DNA of 64,000 nt from Epithemia pelagica. Taxonomy: Eukaryota; Protista; Bacillariophyta. How positions within the stretch are numbered: position 1 is the stretch's first letter; every line of letters starts with the position of its first letter. The notes under the pieces are model-generated. The model saw only the letters and a list, made by a program, of their open reading frames with translations. It had not been told where the DNA came from and made no database searches. Shown piece by piece: positions 32,001-44,065 of the stretch. The position numbers were made by a program, and so were the translations under genes. The DNA is taken from contig OX337240.1 of the NCBI GenBank assembly GCA_946965045.2, forward strand, positions 1,674,001 to 1,738,000, given 5' to 3'.

Positions 32001-34733
32001 GTCATGGCACGTTACGATGGTACCTTGCGTGTGAGTTCGGGACAAGTGGTACAATTTCTGTACGGAGAAGATGGTATGGATGCCGTCTGGATTGAGCGAC
32101 AAAACTTTGACTCGTTAACGTTGAAGAAAGCCGAACTGGAAGCTCGATATGCTCTTGACACATCGGATCCTGATTTTGGTTTGGACGATCAGGGAATGCC
32201 CTTTTTGCTAGCCACCATTATTGAAGATTGTCGCCGCGAACCCGAAATTCAACTGTTGTTGGACAAGGAATTGGAAACCTTGCGTGAGGATCAAGCTATG
32301 CTTCGCATTGTTATGCGCAATCGCGAGGCGGGCCGTGAAAGTGATGAAAGTTCGTATGCGCCAGGCAATGTTCGACGTGTTATTCACAATGCTATTCGTC
32401 AATTCCAAATTGATCAGGGACAGCCCTCCGATTTGCATCCGAAAAAAGTGATTCAAAAAGTCAATGCTTTGTTGGATCGACTCGTGGTTGTGGTGGGAGA
32501 CGACCCCTTGAGTGTAGAGGCCCAAGCCAATGCCACGACGAACTACCGAATCTTGCTGCGAAGTTATCTGGCGAGCAAACGAGTTCTCAAAGAGTTCCGT
32601 TTGACCGAGGCGGCCTTGGATTGGGTGATTGGAGAAGTGGAAACACGATTCCATGTCGCCAAGGTGAACCCTGGGGAAATGGCGGGTGTCTTGGCCGCAC
32701 AATCGATTGGTGAACCAGCCACACAAATGACACTGAATACTTTCCATTATGCTGGTGTGTCCGCCAAGAACGTTACACTTGGTGTACCTCGTCTCAAGGA
32801 AATTATCAATGTTGCCAAGACGCCCAAGACACCTGGCTTGACAGTCTACTTGCAACCTGAAGTCAGCGGTGATCGTAACGTTGCCGAACTTGTCGTGTCC
32901 ATGCTGGAATTCACCGTTTTGGGTGATTTGGTGAAGCGGACCGAAATTTATTACGATCCTGATGTGAAAACGTCCGTCGTACCAATGGATCGAGAATGGG
33001 TGCAGGAGTTCTATGAATTTTCGGAAAAGACAGAGGAAGACCTCCGTCGTTTATCACCCTGGGTATTGCGCGTCGAACTTGATAAGGTCCTTGTCTATGT
33101 CAAGAAGCTGAAAATGGACGAAATTATTCAAGAAATTAATTCGGAATACGGCAATGATTTGAATGTTGAAGTTACGGATGACAATGCTGACGATTTGGTT
33201 GTTCGAATCCGTATTGTAAACGATATGCCATCGGGAGCCGGAGAAGATGAAGAGATGTTGGGAACAGACGAAGATGATGTTTTCTTGAAGCGATTGGAAA
33301 AGAGTTTGTTGAGCAGTTTGAAATTACGAGGTATCGATCACGTCAAAAAGGTATACATGCGTGGTGGAGCAAAACGAAGTGTATGGGACGATGTCACAGG
33401 GTTTGGAACGAGAGATGAATGGGTTCTAGAAACGGATGGTACCAATCTCATGTCTGTGTTAGGTGTCGATTATGTCGACGCTACCCGTACTGTAAGCAAT
33501 GACATTGTGGAAGTGTTTATTGCGCTGGGAATTGAAGGCGTTCGAGGAGCCTTGCTCGGCGAACTCCGCAATGTGATTAGTTTTGATGGGTCCTACGTGA
33601 ATTACCGGCATTTGGCATGTCTGGTGGATGTAATGACCATGCAAGGGCATTTAATGGCCATTGATCGACATGGTATCAATCGCGTTGACTCAGGTCCGTT
33701 GCTGCGAGCCTCCTTTGAAGAAACGGTCGACATGTTAATGGACGCAGCTGTCTTTGCCGAAGAAGAGATTTTGAAGGGAGTGACAGAAAATATCATGATG
33801 GGCCAACTAGCACGCGTGGGAACGGGTGAAATTGACTTGTTGTTGGACGAAGACAAGGTGGTCCGTGAAGCCGTCGAAGTGGTGGTGGATGAATTTAATG
33901 CGACGGGTGACCCCAAAGATTTGGGAAGTACCACAGGGGTTGGCAGTGGCAGTGAAACACCATGGGCTGCCACTCCCTTTCAAAATTCCCCCATGGTGGG
34001 CGATGGCAGTGCGGCATCTCCCTTTGTTTCTGGAGGTGCAGCCTTTTCACCCGCCGTGGGAGCGGCGAGCTTTTCTCCTGCGTATTCACCAGACAGTGGT
34101 TCGTACGGAGCCGGAGGAGGCTTTGCCAGTGGAAGTTATGGAACTTCGGCGGAAAGCCCAGCCTACAGTCCAGCCTCCCCAGCCTATTCGCCAACGTCTC
34201 CAGCCTATTCACCCACTTCACCGGCATACAGTCCCACCTCTCCGCAGTATTCACCCACATCTCCGGCTTACAGTCCCACCAGTCCAGCCTATTCTCCAAC
34301 CTCACCCGCCTACAGTCCGACCTCACCGGCCTATTCGCCCACGTCTCCGGCCTATTCTCCAACCTCACCAGCGTACAGTCCCACCTCGCCCGCCTATTCC
34401 CCGACGTCTCCGGCTTATAGTCCGACATCTCCGGCGTATTCTCCAACCTCACCGGCCTATAGTCCTACCAGTCCAGCATATTCCCCGACGTCTCCGGCCT
34501 ACAGTCCAACCTCACCGGCCTATTCGCCTACATCTCCTGCCTATTCTCCAACCTCACCCGCTTACAGTCCCACTTCTCCGGCCTATTCGCCCACGTCTCC
34601 GGCCTATAGTCCCACCTCCCCGGCATACAGTCCCACCAGTCCAGCCTATAGTCCCTCGTCCCCGGCGTACTCGCCGGGAGCCTCGGGTAAGGATAAGAAA
34701 GACGGTGAAGAGGAGGAACCCATGGAAGAATGA
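29077..34733 (+). CDS. RPB1: RNA polymerase II largest subunit, join(29077..29217,29411..30731,30862..34733)
   Basis: KLQFGIINP, GKRVDFSSRTVIT, VLFNRQPSLHKMS, YNA|DFDGDEMNLH, TAETGYIQRRL, TLGVPRLKEIIN, heptad CTD. Two GT-AG introns give continuous frames. Confidence 0.98.
34164..34676 (+). repeat. RPB1 CTD: 24 complete heptads, mostly YSPTSPA, plus a partial
   Basis: 504 nt between first and last Tyr codons = 24 x 21 nt. Confidence 0.95.
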
Positions 34734-34883
34734 AAGAGATTTGAGGACGTTACTGCTTCTTTCGTTTGAATTGTTTTTCTTGGGCCATGCGAAAGCCATG
34801 TTCAACTTACAAACAACGAATATCTCTTTATATAAACTCTTCTAGACATGAACGTTGATACTGGGCACCGTCTTTGTTGATGG

Positions 34884-34907
34884 ATCTACCTACCTAGGTA
34901 GGTAGAT
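34884..34907. repeat. Perfect 24-bp palindrome ATCTACCTACCTAGGTAGGTAGAT
   Basis: Equal to its own reverse complement. Lies between the RPB1 stop and the next gene. Confidence 0.95.
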
Positions 34908-35079
34908 TTCTATATGGGTCTTCTCTTCTTTTTTTGTTATCTGCGATTTCAGTCGCCTTACGCATTACGAAAATTTTTGTGTGAACAGTGAACACGTCAG
35001 AATTTCCGAGCTGAGTCCAAGCAACCGACTCATCGATGGTTTCCTAGTTGCCAAACTTAAAGATCCTTGACCCTTGACC

Positions 35080-36831
35080 ATGAAGATCGCCTTGACTTGG
35101 ACCTCTCTGGTCGGCAGTGGCTTGCTGTCCACTTCGACAACTGCCTTTACATCGGTAACTCCAGGTGCAACCGAACGAACGGTCTTGGCGGCCAACACAC
35201 TGGTCAATGGAGATGGTAGTAGCTCGACCATTCGCACAGGCTCATCGGAGTTGATTCAACACCGTGACGAGTTTGATCGTGAGGCCTGGATCAATTGTTT
35301 TTCCTCGGCACAAGACGAATTGTGTTACCAACTCGATGGCCATGAGTTTCCCTTGGATTTGGAAGGCACCTTTTATCAAAATGGTGCCGCCAAATACAAG
35401 GTGGGCGATGAAATTGTCATTCATCCCTTTGACGGAGACGGTATGATATCGGCCGTGACATTTCACAAGGGCAAGGCCTGGTATCGGAATCGCTTTATTG
35501 AAACCAAGGGATTTTTGGACGAACTCTAGGCCAATAAAGTGGTGTATCGAGGCATTTTTGGGACGGCACGAAACAAGGGGAAATGGTGGTCCAATATTTT
35601 GAATGCCAATTTCAAAAATGTGGCCAATACACATGTTTTGTATCGTGCGGGAGACGGGCGCTTGTTTGCTCTCTGGGAAGGTGGCTTGCCCCACGAGGTG
35701 GATCCCGTCACGTTGGAAACCAAGGGAGAATCCGATTTGGATGGAACCGTCAAGGACTTGAAACGATATGCCGCTCATTACAAAATGGATCCCACGACGG
35801 GAACCATTTGCAACTTTGCCGTAGGTCCGGGCAAGAACGATCCTATTAAAGAACATACCCTGTTTGTCATGGAACACGATGCCGATGGAAACCTCTTGTA
35901 CCAGGAAGATTACCTCTTTCCCTGTGTCGGAATCAATCATGACTGTGCCATTACCGACAATTACTTTGTCTTTTTCCAAACCAAGGCCAGTGTGGATCCC
36001 CTACCCTTTATTTTGGGGACCAAGGGCATTGCTCAATGTTTTGAATTGGATGACAATTCACCGGCCTCCACCCTTGTCTTGGTCCCCCGGGGACCCAAAA
36101 CGGCCAACTCGATTCCCATTGAAATTGAAATTCCCAAAACCTTTACCTTTCATTCGGCCAATGCCTTTGAAGATGCCGTGGATGGGACGGTTGTCGTGGA
36201 TACCGTCATTGCCGATTCCATGAGCATGGCATCCGACGGCAAGGACGGCTACCCCGAACGTCCCATATGGGAAACGACCAAGTTGGAGGACTTGACACCC
36301 TACCAATTGCGACGGATCCGTGTCGACCCGAACACTCAATCCTTTGTCTCCCAAACAGTCTTGTCGCAAGAAAGCAAAAATGTGGAATTTCCCGTGATTA
36401 ACCCCTCCAACGTGGGCAAACCCTATCAATACGCCTACTTGCCAACCTCACCGAGCGACACGGTCATGAGTCCCCAACAAGGATTGGCCAAAGTGGATGT
36501 TCAACAAGGCCGGATTGTCCAAAAATGGGTGCCCGACGAACCGCACTGGTTTTTGAATGAGGTTAGTTTTGTCCCACGCAAAACGAGCCACGACAGCAGC
36601 AACAACAACAACAACGACGAAGACTATGGCTACCTCGTAGGGTATCTCATGGATGGCAAGGCAAAGACCACGTCGTTGGTACTCTTTGATGCCCAAAACA
36701 TTGCTCAAGGGCCCATTCAAACCTGTCTTCTCAAAAATTTTGTCCCGCAACAATTGCATGGTACCTTTGTTCCGGGATTGGTTCCGGAATTTACGGAACA
36801 AGTGGCCGCCTTGTATCCACCGCAACGATGA
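35080..36831 (+). pseudogene. Carotenoid oxygenase (RPE65/CCD family), likely plastid-targeted, with one in-frame TAG at 35527-35529
   Basis: ORFs 35074..35529 and 35539..36831 share a frame. HPFDGDGMI, NVANTHV, LWEGG, and four Fe-ligand-type His (AHYK, NHDC, FHSAN, LHGTF). Signal peptide then TAF motif. Confidence 0.85.
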
Positions 36832-37817
36832 TACTGATCGAAAATGACTTGGAAGAGAATCACAAGACCAACGATTCGTTGTAACTAGAATAGGAAAGCA
36901 GGGGTTTAGGCCTTAGATGCGTTAGAACATGTGACTCTGTGGTTGTAAGTAGACCCGAACAATACAGGATATTTGTCGGAAGAGATGTTGATTGCATCAT
37001 GGTTCATGGTTGAGTCTCAAAACAAAAAAAACTTTCCACACGCAGATTTTCTTTTCTACTAGAGGCTGGTGGTGTGCTATCAATTATCAACTGCTTCCAC
37101 TCATCATGAACCTGCTACGATGCACACGAGCAAAACTATACCATCCGTCTTTCCTGTAGATCTGGTACACGTTTCACCGGATCATTCTCGTTGGACTATA
37201 ATGTGTATGCAGCGTTGCCTCGAATCTCTTCTTACTCTTAGACCCCAATTCTCTCGGTGCGAGTAAAGAATAACGAGCATCGAATGCGTAGCAGCCCCAA
37301 TACGAAACACTATACTATCAATTGCTCCTTAGTCGTATTGTACTCGTACTGTATGACCTCTATTTCTACGAATAGGGCAATAAACTCAAGAAAATGTCAG
37401 GCTTAATATCGTAAGACAAGGCATAAGCCATGGGCAAGGTCCATTTGTATTGCCTAAGTGCGATGATGCTCGTGCGTGGTCTGAGCTTGAGCTTGGGCTC
37501 ATCAAAACGGGATCAAGACTAAACTGACAGGCCCAACACATTGGTCCCAAGGAACAACTGAGACCCAACCACAAAGCAGAGAGGTTGGCTTCTCTCTTGT
37601 TGTGTGAGTCGATTGCATCTTTCGAAGGAGGAGGTGCGAGCGAAAGGATCCCACCAAAGAGAGTAATTCTCTGTCTCGTTGGTTCGAGGTGTGGCATAGA
37701 ATCGGGGAGAGACGGTTGCTTGGACCGTCTCGAAACAAAGGGAGAGTGAACGTTTGTCGTTGTGTGGACCACCAAAGCAGCAACCGCCATTGCAACAACA
37801 CAACACAAGGTACCATC

Positions 37818-39734
37818 ATGATTAAAAATTTGATTTTGCGAGCTCCCTTGACGCCTTCGGCGGCACGGAGACGGCGACAACAATCGCACAAGCAACAACA
37901 ACAACCACCAGCCATGGACCAAGTTTCGGAAGAATTGTCCGCTCCGCAATTGCCACCACCGGAAGACAAGGACGACAACGAGGAAACCGCGACTCCCTTG
38001 CAGGGAGTGGAACAGTCCACTCTGGATTTGTCGTCCTTTAAGAACGCAGCAGGAGAAGCAGGAGGAGTCGAAAGCACTCAACTACCGCCAGCACCAGCAC
38101 CACAGCAGCAACAGCAACAGCAGACGGTTGTATCGACGAGCGAACAGGACCCGTGGCCGCACCACAAGGAAAAAATGCAAGATGTCTCCTGTTCCACATC
38201 CATGGAACAAGCAGGCAGTAACCACACCACCAGCAACACTAGCGTGGAACTCAAAACGAGCAGCCACCATAATACGCCCACAATCGAGAAAAGTCCCATC
38301 CATAAAGTGACCAAACCGGGAAAAGCAACAGCAGCAGCATCCAACGGCAAGCGTGAGAAAAAGAAGGAACGAGGAACTACGGAATGGTTGCGCTTTTCGC
38401 GTCGCAAAAAGAAGCAACCACAACAATTTGTCGATTTGAACGATGACGACGACGAAGAAGAAGAAGAGGAGGAGGAGGAGGAAAATCTTCCAGAAGACGA
38501 CCCTAACACTACTGACGACCTGGACTTGCCCGGCGCCAAGACGAAGGACCTGGTAGAAAATGGCAGCGAGTCATTTGAGGATGCCTCATCGTCTCATGCA
38601 GCCTCAATGAGAGGTTCTGGCAGCTTTTCCATGCCACCCGACACTGCGAATTCAACACCTTGGGTGGACGACAACACTCCAGTGGAGCAGGGTATCGAGG
38701 TTCCCTTGTCCCCAGTGCCCCAGCAACATCAGCAGCAACAGATGCAAGAACATGTATCATCTCTTCCTTCGACCCCCATCAAGTTTCAACCAGAAGGAGA
38801 CGCTTCCGAAGAACTGGACCTGTTTACGGCCATGGATCAAGTGTACAACAGTCCGTCGAAAACCAACAACAACAACAACAACAATAGCGTGGGCAATTTG
38901 GGCTGGTCCACCAGTGTCTTGTATCACAGTGACAGTGAGGACAGTGACGACGACGATGACGACAGTTATGACGAAGCTTGGGCACAATCGGCCATGGCCA
39001 ATGCGACGGGGGCCGTGTGGGTACAATCTCCCCGTGCGGGGGCCAAGTTGCATTTGGAATTGCACTTGTCGTTACCACCTCCCCTGGAAGATGGAGGATC
39101 GGACGAACCGGACACTTACAAGGAAGACGACGACGACGACAACAACAACAACATGATCAACAAGATGAACCAAGAAGGTATCCATCGTGCGTCTGAAGAC
39201 GGCGACGAGGAGCAGCCAACGGAAACAAGTGTTTTGGCAGTCTCGAATCATGCTTCGCCGACTACCACCGTTCCAACGGTGGCACCCCCATCACCCTCTT
39301 CCTCGTCGCATTCTTCTTCGTCTTCGGCGTCGTCGTTTTCATCACCCGTCATGCCTCCCGATCCACCTCCGTCGCCCAGTCGCCGTTCCATTACCCAAAA
39401 ATCCCCCTTGGCCAGTTCACAACCGCAGAGTCCTCCTCCACCGTCTCCTCGAAGCAGTTCCAAAAAATCGGGCAGCAGCAGCAACCGGGGATCTTCCTCC
39501 AGTCCCCGTAAAAGTCCTAGTCGACGGAGCAAAAACCGAGTGAACCTGTCGTCACCGTCAGCCTCCCAAACACCAACAACGCCACCACTTTCTCAAGACA
39601 AGAACATCGACAAGAACGACGACGATAAAGCTCTGCTTTTGGCACCTTCCTTGGACGACGACAACCACCAAGACGAGGAGGGCAATGCCAAGAACAGTCC
39701 GACCACAAAACGAAGAACACCCATTGACCCCTAA
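37818..39734 (+). CDS. Low-complexity acidic/Ser-Pro-rich hypothetical protein
   Basis: Long ORF with poly-Q/E/D/N/S tracts typical of real genes here. No recognised domain. Confidence 0.6.
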   Translation: MIKNLILRAPLTPSAARRRRQQSHKQQQQPPAMDQVSEELSAPQLPPPEDKDDNEETATPLQGVEQSTLDLSSFKNAAGEAGGVESTQLPPAPAPQQQQQQQTVVSTSEQDPWPHHKEKMQDVSCSTSMEQAGSNHTTSNTSVELKTSSHHNTPTIEKSPIHKVTKPGKATAAASNGKREKKKERGTTEWLRFSRRKKKQPQQFVDLNDDDDEEEEEEEEEENLPEDDPNTTDDLDLPGAKTKDLVENGSESFEDASSSHAASMRGSGSFSMPPDTANSTPWVDDNTPVEQGIEVPLSPVPQQHQQQQMQEHVSSLPSTPIKFQPEGDASEELDLFTAMDQVYNSPSKTNNNNNNNSVGNLGWSTSVLYHSDSEDSDDDDDDSYDEAWAQSAMANATGAVWVQSPRAGAKLHLELHLSLPPPLEDGGSDEPDTYKEDDDDDNNNNMINKMNQEGIHRASEDGDEEQPTETSVLAVSNHASPTTTVPTVAPPSPSSSSHSSSSSASSFSSPVMPPDPPPSPSRRSITQKSPLASSQPQSPPPPSPRSSSKKSGSSSNRGSSSSPRKSPSRRSKNRVNLSSPSASQTPTTPPLSQDKNIDKNDDDKALLLAPSLDDDNHQDEEGNAKNSPTTKRRTPIDP

Positions 39735-41414
39735 CAAAATATGGGGAGGCACAGGTGCACACAAAAGGAGACCAATCGCATCCTTGGTGTTTCAACCATG
39801 GGGAACAGACGGGGAAGAACAACTCAATCACGTTTCAAAAATCACTTTTTGGAAGACAACAAGCACAACACAAGTTAAATGAATTAAGATTATTAGAAAA
39901 GAAAAAAGAACGTTTCAACATTGTAGATCATCGTCAAAGTGCGGTTTGTATGCTCGAAGCTCGAACTCAACAAAGATCTACCCCCAAGCAGGGGTGAATA
40001 GTCGGGTCGCACATGTGTCGTGAATTCGAGGTGCAAAGTCTTATTCACCCCAACGGCGCGAGGGTCCAAAATTGGCGATTTCTCGACTTTGCCACAAACC
40101 ACAAAAACACACCACACATTCACCACGGAGCCAATCTTGAGAGTGTCATAACATCTCCCATGAACGTTCAATCCTTCACCCAAGATGACCAACATGTCTC
40201 CCTTGCCCCACCGGACCATCGTGAACCTGCGGTTGCCTCCGAAACCCGCCGCAACGAGTCTCTCCATGGTCTGCATACCACCACCAAGAACAACCACACC
40301 AACGAGACAGATGACCATCCTTTCCATCCATCCATGCAAGCTCTCCTTTTGATCCAACCATCCGCAAGCTTCCCTTGCACCTCCACAGACCAAATGGAAG
40401 CTTTGCATTCGCTCGAAACCACAATCAACCAGGCTTTTTCCGATTACAACGGCAAGACGACTCGTGCTTGGGGATTGTCTATTTGTTTGCTTATCACCAT
40501 CTATGTCATAAACTATGGTTGATTGTTGTCTTGTTGTCTTCGTCTTGGGGGAAGCTAGATGCAACAAACGAGAGGTGATTGCTGTGTGATCTTGGTGCTT
40601 CGTATCTTTGAGCTTAATTTGTGTCTTATCATTGTTGTGTGTGGAGAGTGAAGACCCCAATGTTGTTGTTGTTGTCGAGTGCTGAGGGCCTTGTTTTCCA
40701 TGGGATAAAGATAGGCCGATGCAATCAATGAAGGAAGGAGAGAAAGGAAGAGGGGGAACATCGTCAATGCCTGATAGAAAGGAATAATGGGTGAGAAGAA
40801 GGTTGTTTTGGGCGATGCTTCTGTTGCTGCCTACCATGGACCTTGGTAAGCCAATGTCAACCTTTCTGCACCACCATCAAGTCATACAGTCCACATGCGC
40901 CTTGTTTTGGATGATGGTGGCCTTTGGGCAGTGATGATGGGCCATGGACGATCGCATCACCTCCAGTGCCGTGGTGAATTTGCGAGGTTTGTGTCAAAGT
41001 CGAGAGCGGAAGGGACGCGCCGTGGGGGTGAGAAAGAGTTTGCACACCAGGATCGAATCACTAAACCTCATGACTCACCCCCGCTGGGGGGTAAACAAAG
41101 ATGGACATAGCGCTATTGTAGGTGGATGTCCATCCGGACGCATGCCGATCTGAGGGCGCGCGCGAAATCTGTTTTGGGGGAATGGCGGTCATCCAGATGT
41201 TGGTTGGTCTCACATTATTATTTGTCTGCGGACGGAAAAAAGACAGGTCATCATCAGAGCGAGCGTGACATTCTCTTTTTTTTGTCAAAGCAAGATCTCG
41301 TCGACGATCGACTCTCCATGGGACGGGAAAGATCAACACCATTCACATAAGCTTGATCTCAACTCGTGCCTCTCAAGTGACAGCTAACCGAAACGACTCG
41401 CCTATATCATCATC

Positions 41415-42026
41415 ATGGTCAAGACCAAGAATCAAGTACTGGAAGAAAAGCTGAAAAAGCAGTTGGATTTAAAGTACAGCGCAGCTTCCCGATTGTTGAA
41501 GGAAGCCCGACAAAACTTGGGAATTGGTGCCGAGGAAGAATTGACTCATGACCGAGAAGAAGAAGTATTGGACGAGGCCATTATTATTTATGAAGATGAT
41601 TTGACACCAGAAGAACAAGAAGCCATGAAACAGGGCAGTACCAGTACTATTACACCCCTGGCCTCCAATCCCAATGGCGGCGATGGAGGTGAACCTGTCG
41701 AAGATGAATGGCGCCGCAAGGCACGATTGGCAGCCGAACGACGTGAAAGGCAATGGCAAGAACAGCAAGAACAACAACGACAACAAGAGGCGGCCGCTGC
41801 TGCGGCTGCCGCTGCGCCTCCTCCAGGAAAGTATGCACCTCCACCCCCACAAGCCGCTTCACAGGAGCAATCGCCCATGCCGGAACAAGCCATCGAAGGT
41901 GGTGAATATGAGGACCCAGACATGCAACCAGTTGTGACTCGTGTGGTACGCAAAAAGGTGACCAAGGGCAAAGTGTCCAACAAGAAACCAGGTGAAGTAT
42001 CCACGTGTTATTGCGTCATTTTATAG
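41415..42026 (+). CDS. Small CaaX protein 1 (ends KKPGEVSTCYCVIL)
   Basis: 203 aa, clearly paralogous to 42954..43433 (LKYSxASRLxxEARQ; WxxKARLAAExRExQW). Confidence 0.85.
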   Translation: MVKTKNQVLEEKLKKQLDLKYSAASRLLKEARQNLGIGAEEELTHDREEEVLDEAIIIYEDDLTPEEQEAMKQGSTSTITPLASNPNGGDGGEPVEDEWRRKARLAAERRERQWQEQQEQQRQQEAAAAAAAAAPPPGKYAPPPPQAASQEQSPMPEQAIEGGEYEDPDMQPVVTRVVRKKVTKGKVSNKKPGEVSTCYCVIL

Positions 42027-42953
42027 AAGCGATATTCGTCAAGAACGGAGAGTCCCACCAGAACTCCAGAAAAGGTTTCCTGCTTGTCCAGGGGTGCCCT
42101 TTGTCATAATACATGACGTCTTTGGAGAGGATCGGGAAGGGTTTGAGGTATACAGGACCAGAGAGCGGTGGTAGCAACCGGTAGGGATATGGATACTATC
42201 GTGGCTCCCCAACTATATGATGATGATAGATTTGTGTGGGGGGTTTGTTCTGGATCATGTCAAGCCAACTTTCATACCAGGGCTGTTTTTGTTGTGTAAT
42301 TTCCATTTCGACTACATATTCATGATAAACTATGCTTTTCAATGCTATGATCCCATATGTTGTGTGAACAATGGTACTCATACAGAATCCACAATTTAAT
42401 GTCTTTTATTCATCCCAACAATGCTCATATAGGCAGTTCTTAGCAGAAAGAGTGATGTTAAAGCACATTGCAACAAAAGTTGGGTGATAGGCGTTTGTCA
42501 GAGCATGAGAATGTAAATGTGTTTGCCAGGCAGAACCCTTGCGATTGTTGCCGTTGAGTGAAATCCGTAAACCAACCATGTCTCCAATCTTTCTGCGAAA
42601 TGTCACGGACAGTGCGTCCGATGCCCCCAGCTTGTGCTCCTATTGCTGGCCCCTATATCCTATATGGAGCTGCGTCCTGCCTGCAAGGAGTAGTATCTAC
42701 GCTACCTTTCGGATCGAGAATCCATTTACTAGTAGAAGAGCGATCTAAAGGCGTTCAACTTGTATGATTTTGTTGGGATGGTCATCTGGTTGGAGCATTC
42801 TGGGGTCTCCCCACCCATTCACACAACGGACGATGACCACAATGACCAATCCCCAACAAACAAGCTGACATTTCTCCACATATCCTAATTCCACATAGTT
42901 GGTTGGTTGTGACATCCAACCTCCAAGAGCAATAACATCACCTATCCATCATC

Positions 42954-43433
42954 ATGGTATCTGCGTCAAATCGTGTCGAAGATCGGCTCAAGGAGGAGTT
43001 GAATCTCAAGTACAGTGGTGCGTCACGGTTGATTCAAGAGGCACGGCAAAAGGCTCCGGATCAGGTTCATGACGACGACGCCCTCATTCAAGTGGCGACC
43101 AACATTTTTCAAAACGACTTGTCGCAAAAGGAACGAGACGAACTGCTCGTGACTCCCGAGCAAGGGGAAAAGAAACCAGAACCCGAATGGCAAACCAAGG
43201 CTCGGTTGGCTGCCGAAAAACGAGAACAACAATGGATTGCCGAAGAAGCCGGATTGCCACCTCCCGAAGAACAGGCACCCAAACTACCTCCCAATGTCGT
43301 ATCGCAAACGGTTACGAAACGAGTGGGATCACAAGAACCAGCCGTCGTGGAAAGTTTGTCGCAAGAAGTCAAGTTGCAAGAACCCAACGACGAAAATACG
43401 CGTAAAACCACCTGTTATTGTGTCCTCATGTAA
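42954..43433 (+). CDS. Small CaaX protein 2 (ends RKTTCYCVLM)
   Basis: 159 aa, paralog of 41415..42026. Confidence 0.85.
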   Translation: MVSASNRVEDRLKEELNLKYSGASRLIQEARQKAPDQVHDDDALIQVATNIFQNDLSQKERDELLVTPEQGEKKPEPEWQTKARLAAEKREQQWIAEEAGLPPPEEQAPKLPPNVVSQTVTKRVGSQEPAVVESLSQEVKLQEPNDENTRKTTCYCVLM

Positions 43434-44065
43434 CACACACACACACGCAACATGATTCACCAAATCCCTACAATCTTTTTGATATTCCATCCAACAAGCA
43501 AGACTCCTGAATCAATTGCCCTGTAGTGCAGGCCAAATTGAGTTGAATATTCTCATTGACCTGACGATGGCAAGCTACGACGGGCTTGTTTGTACCATTC
43601 GTTGGATTGGAATGCACAATGACACCATACACTCTAGAGCCATTGCACACACCACGATAAGTGCCAAGCAAACCAAAACAAACTCATTCGGAAACAAGCA
43701 TTTGATTGTTGGTTTCTCGCTTTGAGGTCTCATTGGTTTTGTTCCATACGCGTGGTTCTTTGACGATGATTTCTTACCATTTTGTGTTGTAAAATAAACC
43801 AAACGAGTATAGTAGTAGAAACGAAACAAAAAAAGTCTTGCAACGGAGGCTTCCCATACGGCTCAGTGGATAAGTTATGATTCGTGGCCATTCGCTCCTG
43901 TCAAATATAGTTTTCATGTGGGACATTGGTTCAAACACAAGAAACAAAATGTTTTGGAATATCACAGTCACCAGGATCCGTCTGATCGGAACGTATTGCT
44001 AACGTTCTATTGCTGCATTTTAAATTAGACATGTTATAATTGTCCTTACAAAAAGTTCCATTTGG

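Noticed and set aside
33826-34845. 339-aa and 185-aa repetitive ORFs
   Set aside because: Alternate-frame and antisense shadows of the RPB1 CTD.
39893-40837. 314-aa minus-strand ORF
   Set aside because: Reads like an antisense shadow; no motif support.
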